A stretch of 39,122 bases of DNA from Planctomycetota bacterium (GCA_041157565.1 JBEBCR010000100.1:1-39122), one strand, 5' to 3'. Numbered from the stretch's first letter, positions 24,734 through 34,720 are shown. Notes: generated from the letters alone by a model not told the origin. Made by a program: numbers and translations.

Positions 24734-25209
24734 ACCTGCTCAAGCTCGCGCTCGTCAGCTTCGGCTTCCTTGGATTGTCTCCCGTCGCGCCGGGGACCGT
24801 GGGCACGCTCGGTGGCGTGCTGGTGGCCTGGCTGCTGCGCGACCAGCCCGACTACCTCTTGTGGTCGCTCGCCGCCTGCGTCGCCCTGTACGCCGCCACC
24901 GCGCCGCTCGGCCGCTTCGCCGAGCAGCACGCCGGCAAGAAGGACCCCGGCATCTTCGTGGCCGACGAGGTGATCGGCTACCTGCTGACCATCGCGTGGA
25001 CCAGCGGGCCGAGCCTCCTCGCGCTGGTCGTGGCCTTCTTCGCGTTCCGCCTGTTCGACATCTGGAAGCCGTGGCCGGCGAGCCGCATGGAGAAGCTGCC
25101 GCACGGGCACGGCATCCTGATGGACGACGTGGTCGCGGGCCTGATGGCGTTCTTGTTCGTCATGCTGCCGTTGCGCCTGCTGCTGCCCGACGCCGGATGG
25201 AGCGCCTGA
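24730..25209 (+). CDS. pgpA: phosphatidylglycerophosphatase A
   Basis: ATG at 24730 overlaps the pgsA stop (ATGA), 159 aa. Motifs: GFLGLSPVAPGTVGTL, DPGIFVADEV, FRLFDIWKPWP, MDDVVAG. Confidence 0.85.
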   Translation: MNLLKLALVSFGFLGLSPVAPGTVGTLGGVLVAWLLRDQPDYLLWSLAACVALYAATAPLGRFAEQHAGKKDPGIFVADEVIGYLLTIAWTSGPSLLALVVAFFAFRLFDIWKPWPASRMEKLPHGHGILMDDVVAGLMAFLFVMLPLRLLLPDAGWSA

Positions 25210-25211
25210 CC

Positions 25212-26699
25212 ATGGCCGATGCCAAGCAGAAGTCCAAGCGCCTGCACGCGCAGGGTCGCCCTTCCGCGGGCGGCATGAAGCTCGCCACGCGCTTCGCGTT
25301 GACGATGACGCTGGCGCTCCTGCCGGTCGTGCTGGTGGCGGGCTTCGTGCTGTACCAGCGCACCGCCGAGCTGGCGCAGCAGGTGCAGGACAAGGCCTTC
25401 GTCGAGGCGGCCGCGATCCAAGGGCCGCGCCTCGAGCTCGTGCACGACAGCTACCGCCGCGAGCGCATGGGCCTGCCGCCGCAGGAGGACTCCGTCGTGG
25501 TCGCCCCCAAGGCCGGTGGAGCCACGATCGAGCACATGAAGGGTCGCCTGCGCGCCTGGGAGGGTTCGCTCGTCAGCGGCTCGGGTCGCGAGCAGACGAA
25601 CCAGCCCGTGCTGGTCTACGAGTGGCGCGACGAGAAGGGCCAGTCCGTGCTGCCGCCGCTCGCCGTGCCCGCGGAGTTGAAGGACCAGGCCACCGAGGGA
25701 CTGCCCGCCACGATCGGCATGGCGATCCTCGCCATCCTCGTCGTCGGGGCGCTCGTCGCGTTCACCGTCGGCTCCGCCGTGGCGCGTCCCGTCGAAGTGC
25801 TGGTCGAGGACGTGGGCAAGATCGCGCGCGGCAACCTCGACTACCGCACGCGCGTCAAGGCCGGCGGCGAGGTGGCGCGCCTCGCCTCGGCCGTCGATCG
25901 CATGACGGCCGAACTCAAGCAGGCGCAGGCCGCGCAGGAGGAGCTGGCCGCGCGCGAACGCGAATTGGCGCTCGCCGCCGAGGTGCGCGAGCAGCTGCTG
26001 CCCGCAGGCGCGCCCAAGCTGCAGGGCTACTCGCTGGCGGCCACGCACCTCGACTCGCCCTCGCCGGGCGGGGACTTCCACGACTTCCTGTCGTTCCCCG
26101 ACGGTCGCGTGGGCGTGCTCGTCGGCGACGTGTCCGGGCGCGGCATCCCGGGCGCCATGATCGGAGCCATCGCGCGCTCGTACCTGCGGGTGGAGCTGTC
26201 GCGCGGCGACGATCCGCTGCAGGCCTTCGCGCGCGCCAACCGCGAGATCGCGCGCGACGTGCGGCGCGGCATGTACATCAGCGCGCTGTACGTCCTGCTC
26301 GACCCGGCCTCCGGCGTGGCCACCGTGGTGTGCGCGGGCCACAAGCTGCCGCTGGTGCGCCTGCAGGCCGGCGACGGCCAGGTGCGCACGGTGCAGCCAG
26401 AGGGCGTCGCGCTGGGCCTCGACAAGGGGCCGGTGTTCGAGCGTTCGCTGCAGGCCGTCGACGTGCCGGTCAACAAGGGCGACCGGCTGGTCCTCGCCAA
26501 CACGGGCCCGGTCGCCGTCGTCGATGGCGCGGGCGCGGAGTTCGGCGAGAAGGCCTACTACCGCGCGCTCCTCGCCGGCGCGCGCCTCAAGACCGACGCG
26601 ATGCTCTCGCACCTCGTCAAGTCGCTGGAGGCCCACGCCGCCGGCGCGCCCTTCCCGCAGGACGTCTCGATCGTCGTGCTGTCGCGCGACGCCGCCTAG
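25212..26699 (+). CDS. membrane sensor phosphatase: 2 TM + HAMP + PP2C/SpoIIE (RsbU-like) domain
   Basis: ATG at 25212, 2 nt after the pgpA stop, 495 aa. TM1 LTMTLALLPVVLVAGFVLY and TM2 IGMAILAILVVGALVAF. HAMP segment (ARPVEVLVEDVGKIARGNLDYR). PP2C signatures GGDFHDF and LVGDVSGRGIPGA. Confidence 0.8.
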   Translation: MADAKQKSKRLHAQGRPSAGGMKLATRFALTMTLALLPVVLVAGFVLYQRTAELAQQVQDKAFVEAAAIQGPRLELVHDSYRRERMGLPPQEDSVVVAPKAGGATIEHMKGRLRAWEGSLVSGSGREQTNQPVLVYEWRDEKGQSVLPPLAVPAELKDQATEGLPATIGMAILAILVVGALVAFTVGSAVARPVEVLVEDVGKIARGNLDYRTRVKAGGEVARLASAVDRMTAELKQAQAAQEELAARERELALAAEVREQLLPAGAPKLQGYSLAATHLDSPSPGGDFHDFLSFPDGRVGVLVGDVSGRGIPGAMIGAIARSYLRVELSRGDDPLQAFARANREIARDVRRGMYISALYVLLDPASGVATVVCAGHKLPLVRLQAGDGQVRTVQPEGVALGLDKGPVFERSLQAVDVPVNKGDRLVLANTGPVAVVDGAGAEFGEKAYYRALLAGARLKTDAMLSHLVKSLEAHAAGAPFPQDVSIVVLSRDAA

Positions 26700-26712
26700 G
26701 AGCGTTTCGACC

Positions 26713-26997
26713 ATGCGCATCCGCGAGTCGCAGAAGCTGATCGAGGACATCTACTACGCGCGCGATTCGGCGCGCGGACTGCATGGCACGCACATGTGGT
26801 TCTGCGAGGAGGTCGGCGAGCTGACCCGCGCGTTGCGCCGCGACAAGCGCGAGGAGCTCGAGGGCGAGTTCGCCGACGTGTACGCGTGGCTGTCGACCTT
26901 GGCGTCCATGTCGGGGATCGACCTCGAGGACGCGGTGGCCAAGAAGTACGGCAAGGGCTGCCCGCGCTGCCAGCGGACTCCTTGCGGGTGCCCCTGA
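26713..26997 (+). CDS. small MazG-like nucleotide pyrophosphohydrolase with C-terminal Cys cluster
   Basis: Internal ATG at 26713, 94 aa. Motifs: EEVGELTRAL, EGEFADVYAWLSTLASMSGIDLE. Tail GKGCPRCQRTPCGCP. Confidence 0.65.
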   Translation: MRIRESQKLIEDIYYARDSARGLHGTHMWFCEEVGELTRALRRDKREELEGEFADVYAWLSTLASMSGIDLEDAVAKKYGKGCPRCQRTPCGCP

Positions 26998-27018
26998 GCC
27001 CGCGCGCGCGATCCGACC

Positions 27019-29319
27019 ATGGCCGCACGACGCGGAGCCAAGGCCGAGACGGCCGCCTTCGAGTTCGCGCGCGAGGATCCGGCGCGCTCGCCCGCGGCGC
27101 AGGCCGTCCTGTACGCCGAGGTGGCGCTGAACAAGCCGCTGCCGCAGGAGTACACCTACGCCGTGCGCGCCGAGCACGCCGCGCGCGCGCGGCCGGGAGC
27201 CCGCGTCGTCGTGCCTTTCGGCTCGCGGCGCGAGCTGGGAGTGGTCGTGGCGCTGCGCGCGGAGACGGACCTCGATCCGCGCCGCGTGCGCGCGGTGCTG
27301 GAGGCGCCCGACGCCGAGCCGCTGCTCGACGAGGCGGCGCTCAAGCTCGGGCGCTGGATGGCGGGGTACTACGCCTGCGCGCTGGGCGAGGCCCTGGCGG
27401 CCTTCCTGCCCGCGGCGCTCAAGCGCGAGGGCGAGGCGCGCAAGACCAGGCTCGTGCGCGCCACCTGCGATCGAGCGCAGCTCGCCGCCATCGAGACCAG
27501 CCATCCGAAGCACCATCGCCTGCTGAGGCTCCTCGTCGAGGTGGGCGACGCGCTCGAGGTGCGCGAGGCCTGCCGGCGCGCGAACGTGTCGCCCGCCTTC
27601 GCCAAGACCCTGGTCGAGAAGGGGCTGTGCGAGTTCGAGCACGTGGCCGTCGAGACCGACCTGCTGCAGACGGCGACTTCGGAGCGGCGGCGGCCCGAGC
27701 GCTTGTCGGAAGACCAGCGCCGGGCCTTGGAGGCGGTGGAGCTGGCGCTGCGCGAGCGGCGCTTCCAGCCCTTCCTGCTGCAGGGCGTCACGGGCAGCGG
27801 CAAGACCGAGGTCTACCTGCGCGCCATCGAGTCGGCCTTGGCGCTGGGCCGCGGCGCCATCGCCATCGTGCCGGAGATCGCGCTGACGCCGCAGACGGTC
27901 GGCTGGTTCCGCGCGCGCTTCGGCGAGGTGGCGGTGCTGCACAGCGGCATGACCGAGGCGCAGCGGCGCGACATGTGGCTGCGCGTCAAGCAGGGCCGCG
28001 CGCGCGTCGTCGTCGGCGCGCGCTCGGCGGTGTTCGCCCCCGTGGCCGACCTGGGCGTCGTCGTGGTCGACGAGGAGCACGAGCCGTCGTACAAGCAGGG
28101 CGAGACCCCGCGCTACCACGCGCGCGACGTGGCGGTGGTGCGCGCGCGCGACGCCGGCGCCGCGTGCATCCTCGGCAGCGCGACGCCCGCCTTGGAGACC
28201 TGGCACAACGCGCGCGAGGGACGCTACGCGCTGCTCAAGCTGTCGACGCGCCCGGGCGGCGCCCAGCTGCCGCAGGTCGAGGTGGTCGACCTGCGCAACG
28301 AGGCGCGCGTCGACGGGCGACCGGCGCTGTTCTCGTCCAAGCTGGCCTTCGGCCTCGCGCAGACGCTCGCCAAGGGCGAGCAGTCGATCCTGTTCATCAA
28401 CCGGCGCGGCTGGTCGCCGACCTTGTGGTGCCAAGCCTGCGGCGAGACGCTGCGCTGCCGCCAGTGCGACAGCGCCATGGTGCTGCATCGCCGCATCGGC
28501 CGCGTGGTGTGCCACAGCTGCTGCGAGGAGATGGCGCCGCCCGCCGCCTGCCCGGCCTGCACGGCGCCCAAGCTGCGCATCTTCGGCGCGGGCGCGGAGC
28601 GCGTGGAGGGCGAACTGCGGCTCCTCCTGCCCGAGGCGCGCGTGGCGCGGATGGACTCGGACACGATGGTGCGGCGCGAGGACTACGAGCGCGTGCTCGA
28701 CAAGTTCGGCCGCCGCGAGCTCGACGTGCTCGTGGGCACGCAGATGATCGCCAAGGGCCTCGACTTCCCGCTGGTGACGCTGGTGGGCGTGCTCGACGCC
28801 GACGCCGCGCTGCACATGCCCGACTTCCGCGCCGCCGAGCGCACGTTCCAGCTCCTGGCGCAGGTGTCCGGCCGCGCGGGTCGCGCCGACAGGCCGGGGC
28901 GCATCGTGGTGCAGACGTCGATGCCCGACGCGCCCGTCATCCGCGCCGCGGCGCGCCACGACTACGAGGGCTTCGCGGCGGCGGAGTCGAAGCTGCGCGA
29001 GGAGCTCGGCTACCCGCCGCACGGCAAGCTCGTGCGCGTCGTGTTCGAGGACGAGGACGCGCAGGTGGCGCGCCAAGGGGCGGTCGAGTGCTGCGCCGCG
29101 CTCGCGCGCGCGGCCGCGCTCGAGCGCGGACTGGCCATCCTCGGGCCCAACGAGGCGCCCATCGCCCTGGTGCGCGGACGCCATCGCCAGCACCTGCTCG
29201 TCAAGGCGCGCGGCGCGGGCGAGGGCCTGCCCCGCATCCGCGCCGCGCTGCGCCAGTGGATCGCCGACCACGCGCGTCCGCACGCGACCGTCGACGTGGA
29301 TCCGGTGTCGATGCTCTGA
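27019..29319 (+). CDS. priA: primosomal protein N' (replication restart helicase PriA)
   Basis: 766 aa. Walker A GVTGSGKTEVY and DEEH box VVVDEEHEPSYKQ. Cys-rich zinc module CQACGETLRCRQCDSAMVLH...CHSC...CPAC. Confidence 0.9.
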   Translation: MAARRGAKAETAAFEFAREDPARSPAAQAVLYAEVALNKPLPQEYTYAVRAEHAARARPGARVVVPFGSRRELGVVVALRAETDLDPRRVRAVLEAPDAEPLLDEAALKLGRWMAGYYACALGEALAAFLPAALKREGEARKTRLVRATCDRAQLAAIETSHPKHHRLLRLLVEVGDALEVREACRRANVSPAFAKTLVEKGLCEFEHVAVETDLLQTATSERRRPERLSEDQRRALEAVELALRERRFQPFLLQGVTGSGKTEVYLRAIESALALGRGAIAIVPEIALTPQTVGWFRARFGEVAVLHSGMTEAQRRDMWLRVKQGRARVVVGARSAVFAPVADLGVVVVDEEHEPSYKQGETPRYHARDVAVVRARDAGAACILGSATPALETWHNAREGRYALLKLSTRPGGAQLPQVEVVDLRNEARVDGRPALFSSKLAFGLAQTLAKGEQSILFINRRGWSPTLWCQACGETLRCRQCDSAMVLHRRIGRVVCHSCCEEMAPPAACPACTAPKLRIFGAGAERVEGELRLLLPEARVARMDSDTMVRREDYERVLDKFGRRELDVLVGTQMIAKGLDFPLVTLVGVLDADAALHMPDFRAAERTFQLLAQVSGRAGRADRPGRIVVQTSMPDAPVIRAAARHDYEGFAAAESKLREELGYPPHGKLVRVVFEDEDAQVARQGAVECCAALARAAALERGLAILGPNEAPIALVRGRHRQHLLVKARGAGEGLPRIRAALRQWIADHARPHATVDVDPVSML

Positions 29320-29335
29320 AGGCCGTCCGCGACGC

Positions 29336-29366
29336 GCGCGGCCGCGTCGAGGCGACGCGGCCGCGC
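29336..29366. terminator. perfect 14-bp G/C-rich hairpin between convergent priA and carA
   Basis: GCGCGGCCGCGTCG-AGG-CGACGCGGCCGCGC read directly. No U-tract on either side. Confidence 0.5.
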
Positions 29367-29388
29367 TGCTCCGCACCGCGCCCCTCGT

Positions 29389-30534
29389 TCAGCGCGCGGC
29401 GACGGCGATGCGCGGCACGACCATGTCGCGGAAGCGGTGGAACAGGTGCGCCGAGTCCAGCGGCCCCGGGGCCGACTCGGGGTGGTACTGCACCGAGAAC
29501 ACCGGCGCCTTCCTGTGGCGCATGCCCTCGACGGTCATGTCGTTGAGGTTGACGTGCGTGGTCTCGATCAGCGCAGGCATGCTGGCGGGGTCGACCGCGT
29601 AGCTGTGGTTCTGCGAGGTGATCTCGACCTTGCCGGTCAGGATGTCGCGCACCGGGTGGTTCGCGCCGTGGTGGCCGAAGGGCATCTTGTGCGTCTTCGC
29701 GCCGAAGACGATCGACAGGATCTGGTGGCCGAGGCAGATGCCGAACATCGGCTTCCTGCCGACCAGCTTGTCGATCGCCGAGATCGCCGGCTTGACCGCG
29801 GCCGGATCGCCCGGGCCGTTCGACAGGAAGATCGCCTCGGGGTCCATGCCCAGCACGTCGTCCGCGCTCGTGCCCGCCGGCACCACGGTCACGTCGAAGC
29901 CGCAGTGCACGAGGCTCTTGAGGATGTTGCGCTTGGCGCCGAAGTCGTAGGCCACCACGCGCACCTTCTTCTTGTGCGCGGCCGACTCGATCCAGTTGGG
30001 GTACGAGCGCTCGTAGGCCTCGCTCCAGGAGTACGGCTCCTTGCAGGTGACGCCCACGGTGAGGTCGCGCCCGTCGGTGGCGGGCATGGCCTTGGCCTTG
30101 GCGACCAGCGCGGCGTGGTCGGACTCCCTGGTCGACACGACGACGCGCAGCGAGCCCTGTTCGCGCACGATGCGCGTCAGGCGGCGCGTGTCGACGCCTT
30201 CGATGGCGACGATGCCCTGCTTGGCCAGCCACTCGGGCAGCGAGCTGGTCGCGCGTCGGTTGCTCGGGATGGTCGACATCTCGCGCAGGATGAAGGCCTC
30301 GGCCCAGCCGCGTCCGCTCTCGGCGTCCTCCTCGGCGACGCCGTAGTTGCCCATCAGCGGGTAGGTCATGATCACCGCCTGCCCGGCGTACGAGGGATCC
30401 GTCAGGATCTCGTGGTAGCCGGTCATGGCCGTGTTGAAGACGAGGTCTCCGCCGGCCTCGCCCGCGGCGCCGCAAGCGCGGCCCTCCATCACGACGCCGT
30501 TCTCCAGGGCCAACCACGCCTTGCGCTCGCTCAT
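29389..30534 (-). CDS. carA: carbamoyl-phosphate synthase small (glutaminase) subunit
   Basis: Internal ATG at 30534, 381 aa. Motifs: FNTAMTGYHEILTDPSY, GICLGHQ (catalytic Cys), VQYHPE. Confidence 0.9.
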   Translation of the reverse strand: MSERKAWLALENGVVMEGRACGAAGEAGGDLVFNTAMTGYHEILTDPSYAGQAVIMTYPLMGNYGVAEEDAESGRGWAEAFILREMSTIPSNRRATSSLPEWLAKQGIVAIEGVDTRRLTRIVREQGSLRVVVSTRESDHAALVAKAKAMPATDGRDLTVGVTCKEPYSWSEAYERSYPNWIESAAHKKKVRVVAYDFGAKRNILKSLVHCGFDVTVVPAGTSADDVLGMDPEAIFLSNGPGDPAAVKPAISAIDKLVGRKPMFGICLGHQILSIVFGAKTHKMPFGHHGANHPVRDILTGKVEITSQNHSYAVDPASMPALIETTHVNLNDMTVEGMRHRKAPVFSVQYHPESAPGPLDSAHLFHRFRDMVVPRIAVAAR

Positions 30535-31310
30535 CTCGCCTCCTCGCGGCTCGGGTGTCCGTGCACGACGCGCGCGATGCGCGCCGCGGCGCACCCGGCG
30601 CCGTAGCCATTGTCGATGTTGACCACCGCGACGCCGCCCGCGCACGAGTTGAGCATGCCGAGCAGCGCCGCCAATCCTTCGAACGATGCTCCGTAGCCGA
30701 CCGAGGTCGGCACGGCGATCACCGGGCAGGCCACGAGGCCGCCGACCACCGAAGGCAGCGCGCCTTCCATGCCGGCGACCACGACCACGACCTCCGCGCG
30801 ACGCAGCCGTTCGAGGCGCGCCATCAGGCGATGCAGCCCCGCCACGCCCACGTCGGCCACGAGCTCGACCGCGGCGCCGCCGTGGCGCGCGGCGAGCAGG
30901 CACTCCTCCGCCACCGGCAGGTCGGAGGTGCCGGCGCACGCGACGACCACGTCGCCGCGGCCTTCCGGCGCGTCTGGCGCGCTCCAGGAGACGCAGCGCG
31001 CGCGCTCGTGGTGCGTCGCGCCGGGGATGGCGGCGAGCACCTCGGCCGCGGTGGCGGGCTCGACGCGCGTCACGAGCAGGCGCGGACTGCGCGCGACGAT
31101 GGCGCGCGAGATCTCGACGACCTGGCGCGCCGTCTTGCCGGCCGCGTAGACGACTTCGGACTCGCCGCAGCGCGCCTCGCGCTGGTGGTCCACGTGGGCG
31201 TGGCCGAGGGCCTCGAAGGCCGGCATGGAGGACGAGAGCTCCGCCACGCGTCTCGCGCCTTCGTCGATCCCGAGGCGGCGGTCGCGCACCGCCTCGAGCA
31301 GCTCCTTCAT
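30531..31310 (-). CDS. larB: LarB-like PurE-fold protein (pyridinium-3,5-biscarboxylic acid mononucleotide synthase family)
   Basis: ATG at 31310; the track start at 31319 is TTG. Motifs: HVDHQREARCGESEVVYAAGKT, ACAGTSDLPVAEE, VVVAGMEGALPSVVGG, VIAVPTSVGYG. The stop overlaps the carA start (ATGA). Confidence 0.7.
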   Translation of the reverse strand: MKELLEAVRDRRLGIDEGARRVAELSSSMPAFEALGHAHVDHQREARCGESEVVYAAGKTARQVVEISRAIVARSPRLLVTRVEPATAAEVLAAIPGATHHERARCVSWSAPDAPEGRGDVVVACAGTSDLPVAEECLLAARHGGAAVELVADVGVAGLHRLMARLERLRRAEVVVVVAGMEGALPSVVGGLVACPVIAVPTSVGYGASFEGLAALLGMLNSCAGGVAVVNIDNGYGAGCAAARIARVVHGHPSREEAR

Positions 31311-31386
31311 GCCGTCCAAGTCGGGCGCGGATTCTAGCGTTCCGAGGGCCCGGACACGAATCCCGGCCGACTCGCCCGCCGCTTCC

Positions 31387-32442
<1,056 letters not shown>

Positions 32443-32736
32443 GGGCGCAGGAGAGGATCGTCGCGGGCGGCGCGGGGGACAAGGGCGCGCGCGCGTTCCA
32501 AGGCGCCCGGTCCGTGGAGCACGCCGCGGCGGGGGACGCGCGGGTGTCCTCTGCGTGCGTCAACGTCCTCCATGGGAGACTGGCGAGCGCCCGGCGCATT
32601 GGCTACAAGGCGATTTCAGCCAAGGACTTGCGGTCGCCACCCAGGCCCGCGCCCGGCTGGCACGGCATCTGCACCATCCGTTCGCGATCCCACCCTCCGC
32701 GCGCCTGCCCCGCGCGCCCGACCCCGAAGGCCTCCC

Positions 32737-34239
32737 ATGCACAAGTTCGTCCTCTGCCTCGCCGTGCTCAGCTGCGTCGCCGTCGCCTACGGACAGGAGA
32801 GCGGTCCGGGCGCGCGCCTCGGCACCAAGGTCGAGCCCGCCGCGCCGCGGCAAGCCGACAAGCCCGCCGGCAACGCCACGCTGGATCGCGCGCGCCGCAC
32901 CTTCCAGGCCGCCGACAAGAACGGCGACGCGCGCATCGAGCAGGCCGAGTTGGAGGCGGGGCGCTTGCGCGTGTCGGCCGACGAGTTCCGCCAGCGCGAC
33001 CTCGACGCCAACGGCGCGTGGAACCGCGACGAGTTCACGCTTTGGTATCGCGGGTTGCTGATCAAGAGCGGCCAGAAGCCCGCCAGCGACCTCGAGGCCG
33101 AGGCGACGCGCGTCCTCGCGCAGCAACGCGCCAAGGTGGCGCCGGCCGCCCCCGCCGAAGCCCAGGATCCGGCCATGGTCGACCTCGCGGCGCGCCTGCA
33201 GCGCGCGCTCGACCACTTGGAGAAGCGGGCCTTGGCGCGCCAGGCGACCCGCGAGGACTTCGTCGCCGTGCGGCAGGCTTGGGAGGCGCGCCTCGCCTCG
33301 ACGCAAGCCGCCGGCGACGAGGCCGCGAACGCAACGCTGCGCCAGAAGGTCGGCCGCGCGTTGGAGGACCTCGAGCGGCGGGCCCGCGACGGGCAGGCGA
33401 CGCGCGAGGAGTACGCGCAGCTGCGTCAAGCGCTTTTGACACGCGCGCGCGCCGCCGTCGCGCCCGCCGCGCCGGCCACCGAAGGCGACGCGAGCCTCGA
33501 GGCGCGCTTCGCGCAGGCTCTCGACGACCTCGAGCAGAAGGCCTTGGCGCGCCAGGCGACGCGCGAGCAGTTCGGCGCCGTGCGCGAGATGCTGGCCACC
33601 CGCGCGCGCCGCGCCGCCAAGGCCGAGGGGTTGGACGACGCCGCTGCCGGGGAACTGCAGAGGGAGTACGAGCGCGCCCTGGCGCGCCTCGAGGAGCGCG
33701 CGCTCGCCGGCCAGGCGACGCGCGCCGAGTTCGCCGAGTTGCGCGCCACGCTGGTCGCCCGCGCCCGCCGCGCCGCCAACGGCGCGCAGGCTGGTGCGGC
33801 CACTGTCGGCGGCCAGCCTGCCGAAGGCCAAGGTCGCGCCGCCGCGCAGGCGCCGGCCACCCAGCCAGAGCCTGCTCCGGCGCCCGGGACCACGGCTGGC
33901 GCGGGTCGCGTGGCTCCGACTGCGCCCGCCGACGTGCCGGCGGACCAAGGGCGCCGCGCGGCGCAGGGCCAGCCTGACACGGCGCCGGTTGGCGCAACCG
34001 CGCCTGCCCAGCCCGCGCCTGCCCAGCCCGCGCCTGCCCAGCCCGAGGCCGCTCCCGCCGCGGGTGGCGCCGCCAAGGGCCGGAGCGCCAAGCCGGCCGA
34101 CAAGGTCGAGGCTGCTCCCGCGCCCGTTCCCGCACCAGCTCCGGCTCCCGCCACCGGTGGTGACGGTGCACGTCCGGCTGCTCCCCCTGCAGGCCGCCCT
34201 GCGCCGCAGCCCAAACCGGACGGCGCGCGCGGCGGCTGA
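32737..34239 (+). CDS. secreted repeat protein: signal peptide + two EF-hand-like loops + four ~50-aa helical repeats + Pro/Ala-rich tail
   Basis: ATG at 32737 with GAAGG 6 nt upstream. Signal-like MHKFVLCLAVLSCVAVAYGQ. EF-hand-like loops DKNGDARIEQAE and DLDANGAWNRDE. Four copies of L(E/D)xLExxALxxQATRExF..(V/L)R. Tail includes PAQPAPAQPAPAQP. Confidence 0.65.
   Translation: MHKFVLCLAVLSCVAVAYGQESGPGARLGTKVEPAAPRQADKPAGNATLDRARRTFQAADKNGDARIEQAELEAGRLRVSADEFRQRDLDANGAWNRDEFTLWYRGLLIKSGQKPASDLEAEATRVLAQQRAKVAPAAPAEAQDPAMVDLAARLQRALDHLEKRALARQATREDFVAVRQAWEARLASTQAAGDEAANATLRQKVGRALEDLERRARDGQATREEYAQLRQALLTRARAAVAPAAPATEGDASLEARFAQALDDLEQKALARQATREQFGAVREMLATRARRAAKAEGLDDAAAGELQREYERALARLEERALAGQATRAEFAELRATLVARARRAANGAQAGAATVGGQPAEGQGRAAAQAPATQPEPAPAPGTTAGAGRVAPTAPADVPADQGRRAAQGQPDTAPVGATAPAQPAPAQPAPAQPEAAPAAGGAAKGRSAKPADKVEAAPAPVPAPAPAPATGGDGARPAAPPAGRPAPQPKPDGARGG
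34000..34044 (+). repeat. perfect 15-nt tandem repeat x3 (gcgcctgcccagccc) inside the coding region
   Basis: Read directly; the three consecutive identical units encode (APAQP)3. Confidence 0.9.
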
Positions 34240-34303
34240 GCGTCCAATCGCGCCGGGTCGAAGCAGGGCGCTGCCTGCGCCCCGTCATCGCCCGGGAAGT
34301 GCC

Positions 34304-34337
34304 GCGGCCCTCGCCGCCTTGTAGCGCCGAGGGCCGC
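34304..34337. terminator. hairpin between convergent genes
   Basis: GCGGCCCTCG (34304-34313) pairs with CGAGGGCCGC (34328-34337). 14-nt loop, followed by GTTCGTTCC. Confidence 0.35.
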
Positions 34338-34363
34338 GTTCGTTCCCGAGAGTCTCGCCCGTT

Positions 34364-34720
34364 TCAGGCGGCAGCTTCGAGAGTTCCTTCCGCCGGGTCC
34401 CACAGGTACCCGTGTTCGAGTTGGCCGTCGCTGCCGGGGATCAGCACCCGCAGCGGGTGGTCCAGGTCGAGGCTGCAGCCGAGCCGCTCGAGCTCCTGGC
34501 GCGCCAGGCGCGCCTCGCGGCGATTGCTCGCCAGCTCGGATTCGAGTTCGCCGAGGTTCGCGCGCTTGCCGCGACGCTCGGCGGTGTTCTTGAGCTGGTC
34601 GATGGTTGCTTCCAGCGTCTCGATGGCCGCATTGCGTTCGCGCAGTTCGCGCGTGATCGAACGCAGGAGCGGGACGAGGCGATGGGCCCGAGCTTGGTCG
34701 TACTTGTGACGAGTCATCAT
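34364..34720 (-). CDS. DUF2203-like small coiled-coil protein
   Basis: ATG at 34720 is preceded by AAGGAGG (complement of 34729-34735), 118 aa. A helical N-terminal half is followed by [37 protein letters not shown], which resembles the DUF2203 C-terminal pattern from memory. Confidence 0.5.
   Translation of the reverse strand: MMTRHKYDQARAHRLVPLLRSITRELRERNAAIETLEATIDQLKNTAERRGKRANLGELESELASNRREARLARQELERLGCSLDLDHPLRVLIPGSDGQLEHGYLWDPAEGTLEAAA

Noticed and set aside
34000-34044. A perfect 15-nt x3 tandem repeat as a possible CRISPR or regulatory repeat.
   Set aside because: The units are contiguous with no spacers, lie in frame inside a Pro/Ala-rich coding tail, and simply encode (APAQP)3.
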